A stretch of 64,000 nt of DNA from the human T2T-CHM13v2.0 reference genome, Homo sapiens. The stretch lies in assembly GCF_009914755.1 (NCBI RefSeq), contig NC_060926.1; one strand, written 5' to 3'. The notes under the pieces are model-generated. The model did not search any database, was not told the origin of the DNA, and saw only the letters and a program-made list of their open reading frames with translations. This document shows positions 45,526 through 59,278 of the stretch, piece by piece. A program made the translations under genes and the position numbers. Positions within the stretch are counted from its first letter, which is position 1. The number at the start of each line of letters is the position of its first letter.

Positions 45526-46636
45526 CCAAACCAAATTCAACAGTGTATTAGAAGAATCATGTACCATGATCAAGTGAGATTTATCCCTGGGATGCAACAA
45601 TGATTCAACATATGCAAATGAATAAATGTGATACACCACATTAACAGAATCAAGAATAAAAATTAAATGAACATCTCAACTGAGGCAGAAAAAGCAGTCC
45701 AAAAAATCCAATTTTTTAATGATAAAAATTCTCAACAAATAAAGTATAGAATGTTCCTCCATATCACTATCAGGGAAATGCAAATAAAAACATCAGAGAG
45801 ATTTCTTCACATCTATTAGAATGTTTATTATCAAAAGGTGAAAGGTAAGTGTTAGTGAGAATAGAAAGAAAGGAAACTTTTTACATTGTTGGTAAAAATG
45901 TAAATTTGTACAGTCATTAGGAAAAAACATAGAAATTCCTCAAAAGATTAAAAAAAGAACTACCACATGATCTTGAAATCTCATTTCTGGGTATATATCC
46001 AAAGGAAATAAAATCAGTATGTTGAAGAGACATCTGCACTCCATGTTCCTTGCAGCATTATTTACTATGGCCAAGATATAAAATCAAGCTAAATCTCCAT
46101 TAATGGATGAATGGATGGAGAAAATATGGTGTATATATACAGTGGATTATTATTCAACCTTAAAAAAGACAGAAATTCTGCCATTTGCAACAACGTGGAT
46201 GAACCTGGAGGTGAAATAAGCTATGCACAGAAAGACAAATACTGCATGATTTCTCTTATATGTGGAATCTAAAAAGCAGAACTCATTGAAGTAGAGAGTA
46301 CAATGGTGGTTGTCAGGAGCTGAGGAGTCAGGAAACAGGAAAATGTTCATTAAAGGGTAAGAAGTTTCAGCTATGTATGGGGAATAAATTTTGGAGTTCT
46401 AATACACAGCATGAGGACTATAGTTAATAATACTGTATTGTGTATTTGGAACTCACTAAGAGAGTAGATCTTAAATGGTCTTATCACACCCACATACAAG
46501 GTAACTGTGATGTGATGGATATAGTAACTTGCTTGATTGTGGCAATCTTTTCACAATATATGTGTATACCAAAACATCACGTTGTACCCCTTAAATATGT
46601 ACAACTTTTACTTATCACTTTTAATTCAATGAAACT
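45526..46636 (+). mobile_element. L1MA9-like element: RT-region piece joined to the 3' end
   Basis: CCATGATCAAGTGAGATTTATCCCTGGGATGCAA (RT region) jumps at about 45760 to CAGGGAAATGCAAATAAAAAC and a complete 3' UTR. Confidence 0.85.
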
Positions 46637-46820
46637 GAATAGAAGCGATATTTTCTGGAATAAGAGTCTTTGACCTCTAAGGCAATTGCTACTACTCCCC
46701 TGGATTATGGGAGAAAAGACAGTTTAGTTTTTTTCTCATTTTTTTTCTTCTTCTTGTATATTTTAATCTCATATGTGAAACAGATAAGATCACCAAATCT
46801 GATTCAAATTAAATATAGAT

Positions 46821-47072
46821 CAAGTGTGGGCAAACTTTTCCTAGAAAGGGGTAGTAAACATTTTAGACTTTTCCCATTTTATGATCTCTGTCACAACTCA
46901 TCTCTGTCACAACTCATCTCTGTCACAACTGCTGCAACAAAAATCTCCTGTTGAATCATAAAGTGGCCACAGACAATACATAAGTAAGTAGTTATAACTG
47001 TGTTCCTGTAAAACTTTATTCACAAAAACACATGGTGGGATTTGGGAACAAGACATAATTGGCCAACCTGCC
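46821..47072. mobile_element. MER58A (hAT-Charlie) with an internal 16-bp triplication
   Basis: GGCAAACTTTTCC...GTAAACATTTTAG...CCACAGACAATACATAA...AAAACTTTATTCACAAAAAC; 8-bp TSD-like ATATAGAT/ATCTAGAG. Confidence 0.85.
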
Positions 47073-48963
47073 ATCTAGAGAGACTGACTCTAGAGCCCTG
47101 GTCAATCATCTGCCACTCCTTTCCATATTCCCCTTTCTTGTTCTATTTATGATCCCGTGGAAGTTTCCTCTGAGCTCTATTGATTCTAAGGGATACAGTT
47201 TGGAAAGGCACGTTTATGGAAAATACATGAAGAGTCTTAAATTTCAGAATCACATAAGTTTAATGAAAAAATTTGTTAAAGACTAAATGTGTTTTTAAGT
47301 CATGTTTTTCATATGTCTGAATTTGGAATTTAGATCTATGGTAGAAGTAGAAACTTTCCACGTGAATTTTTCCAGAAGAATAGAAGTTTCTTGCAGTAGA
47401 GTTATACGTATGTATTTCTTGCCCCATTAGGGCTGTGAACTTCTTAAAAGTGGGTATTTTATTTTTCTCATATCTATGCCAAGCATAATAATTTATATAG
47501 AATAAGTGGTTAGTTAATATAGAATAATTGCATTGAAAAATTTGCATCCTTCTGTATTTTGAGATTGTTAGCACTTTATCCTAATTATCAGATTAGTCTC
47601 TGGAAATAAATGAAAATGAAATTTTTATAAACCCTATTTCCTCTTAAAGTCACTGGCATTCATAGGAAAGATAGTTGCTTAGGATAATTAAATCTTAAAT
47701 ACTTTAGAAGTATCCCATATTTGGAAAATAGCCCAGGAATCACTGGGGGAAAAGAGAGAAAAAATAATTGGTTATGCAGCCGTTTAGACATCCAAACTTC
47801 CTGAATAACAACTCCAAATTCTATTTCGTTTTCTTTTGAAAAGAGGGGCTGGCTACTGTTGGGCCAGTCTGACTTCTATGACCACCTTCCTTCTGAAGAG
47901 CTTTGCTCATGATTGACTAGGGACTCAAGCTGATTGACAGGTTTTCCCATTGCTGAACATATATTAGAGGCCTGTGTTAATTAAGAAATTCTCCCAACTA
48001 CTTCAATTTTTTTAGGGTATACCCTTAGATTCTGGTAATTTATTCAAAACCAAACAAATGGGTGCCCAGAATTGTCCATTTTCAGGTTGTATAAGGTGTG
48101 TGCTCTGTGCTCTCGTTTAAAAACAAGCAAGTAAAGAAACAAGAAAACTTGAACAACAAAGCTAAAATACAGTTCTCCCATTGAGTGCATTCTAACTTTT
48201 TATTTTATTTTATTTTATTTTATCTTTGGTTATTTTTCTTAGGTAAAGAACAGCTTCATTACTGGGTACAAAAAAAAGCAAGATAAAGATCAAAACAAAC
48301 CATGTGCCACGAGTCCTAAATATATATCACCATTCATTATGAAATGTTTATTCTTAACAATGAAGTGCTTAAAAAACAAAATCAAGCTGAAACTTCTATT
48401 TTCCAGTGAAGAACCAAGATGGAGATCATCAACTGGGCAACATTTGTGGTGTAATTTCATGTAGATCACTGTCATAAGCTTATTTTATACACAAGCACCC
48501 ATGTAAATGTGCACACACTCAATAGCAATATATGTAGCTCTTTCGTGGATCAATTGCCATAAAATATATATTAAAAAATTATGGCTTGCAGCAAGTGCTA
48601 TTGGTTAATCATTGAATATCCTTAAGTTTTTAAGTGACTCAGAAATATTAGTCATATGGGAGGATAATTTAGCTAAAATGAATACAAGGATTCTTGTACA
48701 TTCATTCTCATTTCTTTTTTTCTTCTTAGCAGTTGTTTTTCAGGGTACCAACAGGAATAGCTACAGAAAACAGAACACTTAAAACAGTAAAATCAAGGCC
48801 TTCTAAGTGTATTAAAAGAGTAGAGAACTATCCAGAGGTAATAGGTGAAGCCAGTGCCTCTCTCTAGCAGAGCACCGCAGGATAAACCAGGAACCATGGC
48901 TCTCATGGTTTTGCAGTTAGAGCCAGCGTCCTGCCAGCAATTGAAAGGAGAGATCTTACCCTG

Positions 48964-49216
48964 TGCTGTAGGTAGCTTCTGAAATGGCTGCCAAGGATCC
49001 CTGCTTCCTTGTATTCACGCCTTGTGTAATCATCCCTCTAAGGGTGGGCTGGACCTAGAGACTTGCTTCTAACAATTGTAATTCATCAAAAATGATATGT
49101 CACTTCCAAGACTAGATCCCAACAAGGTTTCAGGTTGAGAACCCTTTCTCGCCCTCTCGTGTGCTGGATCTGAGGAAAGCAAGCTGCCATGCTGAGAGCT
49201 GCCCTATGAAGAGGCA
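48964..49216 (+). mobile_element. MLT1F-like LTR, 5' part
   Basis: GATCCCTGCTTCCTTGTATTCACGCCTTGTGTAATC...GTGGGCTGGACCTAG...AAGCAAGCTGCCATG. Confidence 0.8.
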
Positions 49217-49314
49217 AGGTATTTTGAGGTTCTGGTACTATGGTAGGCACTAAAAATTTAGCAGTCAGCAAATGATACAACCTCACTCCTTATGGTGCTT
49301 TCATTATTACTTAG

Positions 49315-49510
49315 CAAAAGAGAGCATCGATTCTTTGTCAAGCAGACCTGGGCATTTATTCCAATTTCTACGCATATTATCATGACTTGGAGGAAGTCTT
49401 TTAACCTTTCTAATCTTTAATTTCTTCTTTTTTAAAATGTAGGGGTGATAAAAGTACTTCTTCCATGAAATTGCTGGGGGTTAAGTGAGATAACAGTAAG
49501 TTTCTTTGTA
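49315..49510 (+). mobile_element. MIR
   Basis: CAGACCTGGG...TGACTTGGAGGAAGTCTTTTAACCTTTCT...TTAAGTGAGATAA. Confidence 0.65.
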
Positions 49511-49739
49511 AAGAGATTATTGTAAGCATTTATAACGAGAAGTACTATGTTGCTGTTCCTCTTATCTGTATCCTGGTCATCATTGTTAGAAAAGGGCAAA
49601 CACTTTTTTTCCCATTTCTTAACTTCCAGAAAGAGAAGTTGTCCCAGAGTACATTATATGTCTCTCTTGTCTTTTTACTCTTTTCACCTTTAGGGAATTG
49701 AAATAATTTATTTTTAAGTCAGTAACTGTGACAGAAGAA

Positions 49740-50180
49740 CACAAAATCACTGGATGAGAGAAATAGATAATTTTTAAAGCAAAAAGATCAGGCAGAGCAG
49801 CATCTTGCATCAGTTCCTAGCACCCCAGTTCCCACAGGGCAATATGATGAAGGCCAAGTGTTACCTGTGTGTGTAGAGGGTTACATCACAGGACAGGAAC
49901 CGTGACAATAGGAGACTGACTTTCTGTGGGGCTGGTGGCACATCTACCTTTCTTGTTACGAGAGACAGAGAAAGAGTGAGAGAGACAGAAAAAACATATT
50001 ACCCTTGTATAGAAGCAAATATCTTCAGGAAGGAGAAAAAGAGGATATTACGATTATTTATCCTTAGATAGTTCTGGGAAGGTTTGTCTTCATATCTCTC
50101 TGGAGGCATACGTTATCTGTAAGACTGCTCTTCAAAGAAAGGCCCTCACCATGTAGGTGCATGGAAAGTCATCTTTCAAT
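49740..50180 (-). mobile_element. Probable ERVL-type LTR fragment (MER54/74/88 group)
   Basis: CATCTTGCATCAGTTCC...CCCACAGGGCAAT...CATCACAGGACAGGAACC recalls these LTRs; family uncertain. Confidence 0.4.
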
Positions 50181-50689
50181 AGTAACCTAGTAGGAAATCA
50201 AGAAAGAATAATTTACTAGATTGAGCTCAGTTCTACCTTTTTACCTCAAACAGTGGCCTTTCCACTGGAATCATTGACGGTATAGAGAAAAACTTGATTC
50301 AGGAGGGTTAATAAGCATGAGGTTCCAGCAGCAGGTCCAGTTGGCTCTCACACACATCGTTCATATTCATCACAACAGCCCCATGTCACCGAAGCAATTA
50401 TTTTGTTCAATATGATTTATTTAAAAATACATGAAGATGTAATTTAGTTTGGAAACATTTTCATCCAAAATCATGAGAGTCAGTTTTAGATGTTTAAAGC
50501 TATTGCTTATGTATCATCTCAACTAATTTCTGGAAGTTGATTTAAAAAAAAAAAACACTTTTGTATTGGGTAACCCTCATATGAATGTGTAAATTGTTGC
50601 TGTTTTGTTAACTAACTTGTTTTTAGTTGTCTGGATTGCAGCAGGGCCCATTACTAAAGCAAATAATAGGGTGGCCCAACGTTTTACGA

Positions 50690-51630
50690 CAAGATAGAGA
50701 AGGATCCTCTAAGCATGTGAGAGGCTGAACGTTGAAAAATAAGTAGGAGCTGACCAAGGTGGTAGGGGTAGAGTGAGGAGAAGGTTCTAAGTATAAAGAA
50801 GAGCAAAGGAGTGATCACTGCACTGAGAAAGGACTTGGAAATGACGTGTCTCTGAAAAAAGGCCACTATGGCAGAACTTCCTAAAGGAAGGGAAAAAGGC
50901 ATCAATATGAAGCCAGAGAAGGAAGCCAGAACTGGATCCTATAAGGACTTAGAGTGCAGGTTGAGGATTGTACCCTTTATCTTAAGAATTACTATAGTAT
51001 AGTAATAAGGACACTGGGATAATTGCATAATCGATTGCAAGAGAACAGAAATTGATGAGGAAACCAGTTAGCAGGCTATAGCAGTTGTCCAAATGAGGGA
51101 CATAAATGGAAGAAACTTCCTGGGTTGGGCAGGAACTTTCCAATATAGAGACTTTCCCTCCACAGAAAGAAGAAAAACAGGTCCTCACTGCCCTATAGGA
51201 CAAACCAGAACACGACGGCCAGGATTCAGCTCCTAACCAATCAAATAGAGGATTCAAAAATACCCAATCAAGAGGAGGATTGAAAAACAGACTCTTCTGA
51301 ATGGACAAAGGGAGAATATGGGAGGGAACAACATGGGAATATAAGTCAGACTAGCAACGGCACCCTCTTCCGGGTCCCCTTCCACCACGTGGAAGCTTTA
51401 CTTTTGGTTTGCTCAATAAACTGCGCTGCTGCACACTCTTCTGGCCTGTGAATTTCTTTGAGCTGTAACACTCACTGCGGGACCGTGGCCCACTATTCCA
51501 TTCTTCGGAGTCAGCAAGGCCAAGAACCTAAGCTCAACTCCAGTTACACAAGCAGGTAATTAAACCGGCCCAGCAGAGTAGGTGACATTAGAAACAGTGG
51601 AAAGCAAGTAGATTCCAGATATATTTAGAC
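50690..51630 (-). mobile_element. L2 fragment interrupted by an LTR
   Basis: GAAACCAGTTAGCAGGCTATAGCAGTTGTCCA before the LTR and AGATTCCAGATATATTTAGA after it. Confidence 0.6.
51107..51548 (+). mobile_element. ERV1 solo LTR with an LTR12/HERV9-related R-U5 region
   Basis: GGGTCCCCTTCCACCACGTGGAAGCTTT...CAATAAA...GCTGCTGCACACTCT...GAGCTGTAACACTCACTGCG; TG...CA ends; CCAAT x2, TATAA, AATAAA. Confidence 0.8.
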
Positions 51631-52464
51631 AAAAGGATTATATTCAGATTAATTCTCCAGAGTGAATTCTGTGTCTTATACACTTAAGGATCCACAGTAA
51701 ATGTTCACCAATCGTGCTGAGCACATCACCTACCGAACATTTTTTGATTTATCTAGCTTCTTGCTTTTTTGTAGAAAACCAAGAAAAGACTGCACAGAAC
51801 ATTCTTTCTCAAGTAAAAAGTAAGCTCAAAGCTAAATTACACAAAGCAGGTAACTAATTAAGAAACAATTGTTTAGACAACTGTTGTAAATCTCCACTTT
51901 TCCTGGTTAACAGTGGAAGGCAGAGTATTTGTTTTGATATGTATAACGTTTCCTGTGGGGAAAAACAATAAAAAAGTGTCTGGAAGTCATAAAGTTGGAT
52001 AGTGCTATCTGAGACACCCTTTCAACAATGAAAATTATAACCATATGACTCCTCCATCAGCTAACAGCTGTTGGAAAAAGGCCTAAGCCTTTCTTTCTGT
52101 GTACTGAGTCCAATTAAGCTGTAAAATCCTGACATACTAAATTGGTCTGTGGCCCATATTTTGAAGAGCTTTAAATAATTACTTACTCCTGCTGGAGAAG
52201 CTCAGTTTTTAAAGACATTTGGGTTATTTAATTGGGTGGCATTCATCCTTGCACTTATAGTTTCTACTAGGGGTGATGTGGTTGTGATAAATCCATTATA
52301 AATTGATTCTATGAAGACAATCCTTAAAAGCTAACACTTCCTTAAAAGCTCCAGGGATTATGTGTCTGTAGCTTGAAGAAATGACCAGTAGATGGGGCTC
52401 GGAATAATAAAATTGTAGCCAAAAATAAATAAATAAATAAAAAGTAAAATGATCAATTTATGTA

Positions 52465-54340
52465 TTGTTTAGTCACAAATTCTTATTGAGCCACCACTGT
52501 GCATCTTGGATTATGCTAGGCACTAGGAGTACAAGAAATTAAAAAAAAAATATGGTTTATTAAGGTATACGGATATATTTTTTAAAATTATAATCATGGC
52601 AATGAGTCTAAATTAGAAGCATGCTGATGTTACAGTGTTGACGCAAAGAAAGAAGTGGTCATTTATCTGAGGTTAGAATTAAAATGTTTATGGAAGCCTG
52701 TCATTTGAGCTGAGTGTTAAAATGAGTGTATTTAGTATGAAAGGGAGAAGGCATGCATTTGAGACAGAGGGATCAGTATATGCAAAGCACAGCAGATTGA
52801 ACTTTATATGCTTTCGGAAAGAAATACGATTTTGGCTAGGTTGAAGTAACCAGAAAAGAGGAAGTTAACCATTAAAGAAATTATGGGAAACAAAGACCCA
52901 AGGAGGCCAAGGGAAGCAAAGAGTTTAGCGATAGTTAAGGCTGGAATAAGCATGGACACAATCAGAAAAGACAAAGTAAACCATTAAAGAACCACAAATT
53001 CAAATGAATTCATGGGTTAGGCAGAAAGGTGTCTAACATGAAGAATGCCAGGAGGTAAGATATAGGAAACTGTTTAGTTCTGTATTGAAGGGGATGAGTG
53101 AAGCCACTAATTGAATACATTCAAATCTAATGTTTTTAAAACACCAAAAAGTGCCAAACAAAATGTATCTGAAGAATGAATGGATTAAGAGTTTTAAACT
53201 CCTACGTTATCTTAAGGTGCTGAGATAATTAACAAACAAATTCAAGGAGAGTGACATGATCAGATTTAGTTTTAAAACAGTCACCATGGCTATAGAGTGA
53301 GGAACAAACTGAGATGATACATCTATGGAGGAGGAGAAATGATATCCTACATGCCTGATAGGTCTACCAGAATAATTGTTAAAAAAATTAGTGCCCATCT
53401 AGTAGGCTATTATAAAAGATAAGGTGGTAGATTGGACTGAGATCAATGGTGATAGCAATAAGTATATATTTCTAAGAACCACTTAAAATACACAATTTTT
53501 AAAAAATGTGATAATATGATAAGATGTGGTGGAGAAAGGGATGAAAGAAAGCTCCCTATTTTACAGCTATAATTACAATCAAATATATTGTTTGTTCAAA
53601 AGGGCATGTCAGATTAGCATATTTTAAAAGGAAAAACGCTGCCAGAGGTTAACAGCTTAAATCAAAACCTAAAGTACTCAGATGAAAATGAGAAAGTCAG
53701 ATTTTAATTAGTTCCTTTTTTGACTTTTAATATTTGAGGCATTGGAAGGCATGCAAGTGGAGACACCTCTGGGCCTGTAGTGTCTGTAGAGAGCTGTATT
53801 TAGAGATATGGAGTACAAAATGAGGATATTTAATTTGGGGTTAGTGGTATGAAGGTAGGTAAAGCTATGGAAGTGCATGGGCTATTTCCAAGGGCAGTAA
53901 CAGAGTGAGACCACAAAAGAGCTTAGTATGGAACCTTGAATAACAACAAACTTAAAGGAAGATCAGATGGTGAAGAACTGACACAAAACTGAAAGAAGTC
54001 CATTGAAATGATGGGAAACAAAGACCTACGGAGGCCAGGGAACAATGGCTTCTTCCCAAAAGAGAACTCACTCAGATTGTGAAATGTTTCAGAGTGCTAC
54101 ACAAGTTAAACAGAGACTGAAAAGTGTCCATTGTGTTCAAGAACAAGGAGCCTGGAGAAGGTTGCAGCAAGTTGAGTTTTCAGCAAGCGGTAGGGTAGTA
54201 AAACAGATTATGATTTAAATTTGAATGGCAAGTGTGAAAATGTCGATGGAAAGTAGAAGCATCACAAACAAAAGTTTGGATGGGAAGAGAATTTAGAACA
54301 AGAGCAGAAAAGGATATTAACAGACAACTTTGAAATAATG
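52465..54340 (-). mobile_element. Long decayed L2 (patchwork)
   Basis: TCTTATTGAG...TGCTAGGCACTAGG 3' end; CATTTGAGCTGAG; GAGTGACATGATCAGATTT; GACTGAAAAGTGTCCATTG. Confidence 0.7.
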
Positions 54341-55359
54341 AGATCATTTTTAATGGGAGGGAAGGTTTACATAAAGAAATTAGAACTATAGATATATCAA
54401 GACCTGTATTCAATTAGTGGTTTAATTATTTAAAAACATTTTTTCTGCTTCTCTTAAGCAGTAACCATTGCAAACTACTCATTTTGAAATCCACTTAATC
54501 TCTAAGCCTCCTTTGTAGGAATTCTTCTGTCATCATCCCAGCACCTATAAGGAACTAACTAACATAATTGGGAGGGGGTAGGAGAGTTTTGAAAAACTGT
54601 GTGATCAACGTGTGTACTACAATACGTGGAAGAACATTGCCAAAGGTTAGGTGATTTAAATCAACACCGAATGTACACAGTTGATGATTAGAAAGTCAAA
54701 TTTTAATTAAATCCTTATGGATTTGTGAAAATTCTTAATTATTGTTGCTGTTTTATCCTTAACTAAATTTCACTCTATTGAAGTACAGCAGAGCCTTCAG
54801 TCTCCTGGTGGAATGCATGTAACCTGAGCAATTCATTATAAAGCAGTTTCTCTAGGAGAGCTTAGAAGTGTCAGAATTTATGAACATCCAAGCCCATTTG
54901 ATTTGATTTTGTCTCTGGAGCATGTTTGCTAATGCACAAATATTATTCATTAATGTGCTAAGGGGTGTTCGCTAAAGCTGAGTGGTGGAATTACCTTAAC
55001 TTTAGCAGAAAAGCTATCACTCTTTTCAAGCAAAGAATGCTGATGAGAAAAGTCTCCCAAAGAGTTGTGATGGTGTAGAACAGCCCCAATAAATAAAGTG
55101 CATGTTACTGCTTTTGTTAATGCCCATGGGAAAATAATTACATCTACATCTTTTCCATTAATCTGTTTGGGAGATTTTATGTCTAATGAAAATGATGGAG
55201 AAATTCAAAAGTGGGCCTGAAGAATGATTAACTTTTAAGTCCCTTGTTATTATTCCTTTTAGTCAAGAAGAAAAGAAATGGGCTGTCTAAACTCTGGCAG
55301 TATGAACTCTAATTTTGTCATACTGTTTAGTGCGTAGGAAAAAATACTGCTCCCTTACT

Positions 55360-55590
55360 TTATATGTAACAAGATAAAAATATATGTATCATGTAAGAAA
55401 AGCCCAGAAGTTGCCAGTTTAGGGCTGGCATAGCAGCTTCATGTTAACTGGGACCCAGGATCCTCCATTCTTATTGCTCTGCCATCCCGAGAATGTTGTC
55501 TCAAGATTGCTGACTTAAAACAGCTCCTTGTGCTCCTACTATCACATTCATATTCCAAGTAGAAGAAAGGAGAAAGGGAAAAAAGAGAAG
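55360..55590 (-). mobile_element. MLT1J/K-like fragment
   Basis: AGGGCTGG...GGGACCCAGG...GCTCTGCCATCC...CAAGATTGCTG. Confidence 0.55.
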
Positions 55591-55604
55591 TGTACCTTCT
55601 CCCT

Positions 55605-57895
55605 TTTCTAAATTTACAGTTCATTAAAATATCACATAATAAAGAAACACACTCAATGTACAGCTTGATAAATTCTCACAAAGTAAAGACAAACTTTTAA
55701 CCGTCACCTAGATCGAGATATGGAACACTATCAACACTCTAGAAGACACTCTTATGACCCTTCTCGTAATTATTCCCCTCAAAGGTAATCATTATTCTGA
55801 ATTTCAAAACCATAAGTTAATTTTGCTTACTTTTGAAACTTACATAACTGCAATCATAGTGTATGTTCCTTGTTTTTCTCAAAACCATGTTTGTGATATG
55901 TATTTATGGTTACTTCTAATTATAGTTTTTCTCTCATTGATATATGGCATTGTACTGTAAAAATATACCACAATTTATCGGTCGATTCTTCTAACATTGG
56001 GTAGTTACTACAATAGTGCTATTTATGAACATTGCTTTATGTGTCTTTGTAAACATATGTCTGTATTTCTGTGGAGTATAATTAGATTGAGAAGGCCAGA
56101 GTATAACTTGTGTCTATCATCAGCTTTAGTAGCTATTACTAAACAGTTTCAAGAGGTGTTGTACCAATTTATATAACTTCCATCAGTGTGTGGGAATTAC
56201 AGTTATTTCATAACCTCGGCAACACTTCACATCATCTTTCTTTGTAATTGTTAGCAATTCTGATAGGTTTTCAGATTTTAATTCACATTTCTCTGGTGTC
56301 TATGCATGAGGATCTTTTCCATATATTTAATAGTTATTTGAATATCTTCTTTTGAAAAGTGTCTGCAAAAGTTTTGGCCAATTTTTCTTTTGAGTCTTTA
56401 CTTTTTCTATAGATCTGTAAAAGTTCTTTGAATATCCTGGATGTGAGTTCACTGTGGCATATATGTTTTGAAAATATCCATCATAACTCTGTGGCCTGTA
56501 TTTTCATTCTCTGAAACTTTTGATTTCATTTTATTTTAATCTAAGTTTTCATTTTTAATAAATTTCATTTCACCAATATTTTCCAGTATAGGTAGTTCTT
56601 CTTGTGTTTCATTTTTTAAAACTTTGCTTTCTTCAGAACTACCGTGATATTATTACTGTTTTTGTCCAAATAGCTAATTATTTTAACATTTATATTTAGA
56701 TCTGTAATCCATCTGGAACTGGTTTTTATCTGTGGTGTGAGGTAGAGGTAAAGTTTCAATTTTTTTTTCCCATATGGAAACTCTAATACATTAGCATCAT
56801 TTATTGAAAGGCCTTCTTTGTCTTATGCACTGCAGTGTTATAAAGCAAGCAACTTTGTTATAAAGCAAATTATTATATTTGTGTGAATCTGCATTGAATC
56901 AGGTCTCTTTTCTCCCCATTTCTTCTGTCTATTGGACTTTCTATGTACCAACATAATATTATCTAAATTACTGTAGTTTCATGACAAGTTTTGATTTCTG
57001 GAAGCATAAGTGCCCTGGCTTTGTTCTTCAAGATTGTCTTGGCTATTCTTAGCTCTTTGTATTGCAATGTAAGTTTCAAAATAAGCTTGTAAATTTGTAA
57101 GAAAATAATGGAGAGATTTTGATTAAGACTGCCTTGACTTTATAGATAAATCTGATGGAGAGTTGCTATCTTTATAGTTTTGAATCTTCTAACCTGTGAA
57201 CATCGCATTTGCTTCCAATTATGTAGTTTTCTTTATCTCAGTGGTATTTTAGGCCTTTTGTTGCTGTTTTTGTTGCTAGTTTGTTTTAGTGTATATGCCT
57301 CATATCTTTTACGAAAACAATTAATGGGTTATATTTATTATAATATAGCAAATATTATCATTTAAAATTAACTTTCCTGTTTGTTACTAATATATAGCAA
57401 TACAGTTGATTCTACATATTTACAATATTTAGTGACCTTGTAATATTCCCATATGAATTCACTTGGATTTTTCTACCTGCATCATTATGTCATCTATAAA
57501 TAATTACAGTTTTATATTATCTGTTTCATTTATTGTTTTACATCCTATTTTTATCTTTCTCTATTGCACAATTCTAGCTTCTCAAATTCAAGGTGGATAC
57601 AAATGTTGGTAACACGTGTCGTTGTTTTTTCCTCCAGTTTAGGAAAAGCTCTAAATATTTCACCTTCAGTGTAAAGTGGTATAATTTTCACAGGTAACTG
57701 TTAATCAGGGCAAAGAGTTTTCTTTTTAATTTAATTCAATGAGTAGTTATCATGACTGAGTTTTTAAATTTAACAAATAATTTTTATTTACCTATTAAGA
57801 TAATCATATGATTTTCTTCTTTATTCAGTTAATTTGATAAATTGTACTACTTATATTTTTATTATTAGGCTAAGTTAACATTCCTCAAATTAAAT
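55605..57895 (-). mobile_element. L1ME1/2-like, 3' ~2.3 kb
   Basis: TGTACAGCTTGATAAATTCTCACAAAGT...AAAGGTAATCATTATTCTGA; continuous antisense ORF2 motifs (TCCATCTGGAACTGGTTTT; TTCAAGATTGTCTTGGCTATTCT). Confidence 0.8.
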
Positions 57896-58575
57896 TGTAG
57901 TGAAGATTAATGAAGTAATAGGTTATTAGGCAATATTTGAATGTGAGATGAGGCTGGTTAGACAGATAATATAGCTCTACCTATAGATATAAATAAAGAT
58001 GTATACCTTACCCGAACAGGGAGATAAATATTACCAGAATTACAGTGATGTGTGTGACTCAGAGCCATGAATCCCATATCTGTATTACTTTCTTCCATCG
58101 TATAAGCCAGGATATGGCAACCACCACCACCCGCCTCTTAAAAGCACACATCCCACACAGATATATCCTAAGTAGCATTTCATTTATCTCTCTCCAAAAC
58201 AAACTTGGCTTTTCAGGAAGTATTGAAAACTGATCAAAGTAGCAAGCACCAAATTGCAACTTGATGTGCTGTGTTTTCCAGAAAAATGCCATTTCCAGAA
58301 GAATGCCATTTTTTAAAGCATCTGAATTATAATTTTTTTAAAAAAAGAAAAGAAGATACAGATCTATGATAAAAGGAGATTTTATGTTAAAAATGAAATA
58401 CTCCAACTCTATATTAGTTTTCTTATTTTTAAATTTGTGAGTTTTGAAGACCAGAAGAATTGTGTTCTAATATAGGTTGTGCCCTGTCACTTGATAATTA
58501 ATGAGGCTTAATTAGTCATTCTCCTTTTGTGAACTACCATTTCTTAATTTGTTAACCATGAATAATGCTATCTTT

Positions 58576-59051
58576 TGTGAAAGGAAAATAAATCTTTGGG
58601 CCTCAAAATCACTAAGCTAAAGAGGAAAGTCAAGCTGGGAACTGCTCAGGGAAAACCTGCCTCCCATTCTATTCAAAGTCACCCCCTTGCTCACTGAGAT
58701 CAATGCATATCTGATTGCCTCCTTTGGAGAGGCTAATCAGAAACTCAAAAGAATACAACAATTTGCCTCTTATCTAACTCTGACCTGGAAGTCCCCTCCC
58801 CTCTTCCAGTTGTCCCACCTTTGCTTCGAGTTGTCCTGCCTTTCCAGCAGACTGGACCAATGTTAATCTTACACATGTTGATTGATGTCTCAGGTCTCCC
58901 TAAAATGTGTAGAACAAAACTGCTCTGACCACCTTGCACATACGTTGTCATGACCTCCTGAGGCCATGTCATAGGTGTGCATCCTCAATCTCGGCAAAAC
59001 AAACTTTCTATATTAACTGAGACCTGTCTTTAATACCTTTAGGGGTTCACA
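58576..59051 (+). mobile_element. MER4A1-like ERV1 solo LTR (inserted in a MIR)
   Basis: TGTGAAAGGAAAATAAATCTT...CACTAAGCTAAAG...GGGTTCACA; perfect 4-bp TSD CTTT. Confidence 0.92.
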
Positions 59052-59278
59052 CTTTCAAAGGATTGTAATGGGTTAGAGACAATAAAGTCTAGCACAAAGC
59101 CTAGATATGATTGTTACTTAAAAGTTATTATTCCTATTAATATTCTATATAACAGTTTTTCTTCTTCATATACTGATTTCAATTTTCAGCTCAGGAGAGT
59201 TTCTCCCAATTCATCCCTCCATGCTTTACTATCCCCAAATTTTATCTCTCTCATTAGAAAGAAAGAATAAAATCACCC

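Noticed and set aside
48744-48837. Possible plus-strand exon (TTTTTCAG|GGTACC...GAG|GTAATA)
   Set aside because: Weak donor, competing upstream AGs and an unrecognised peptide; within chance expectation.
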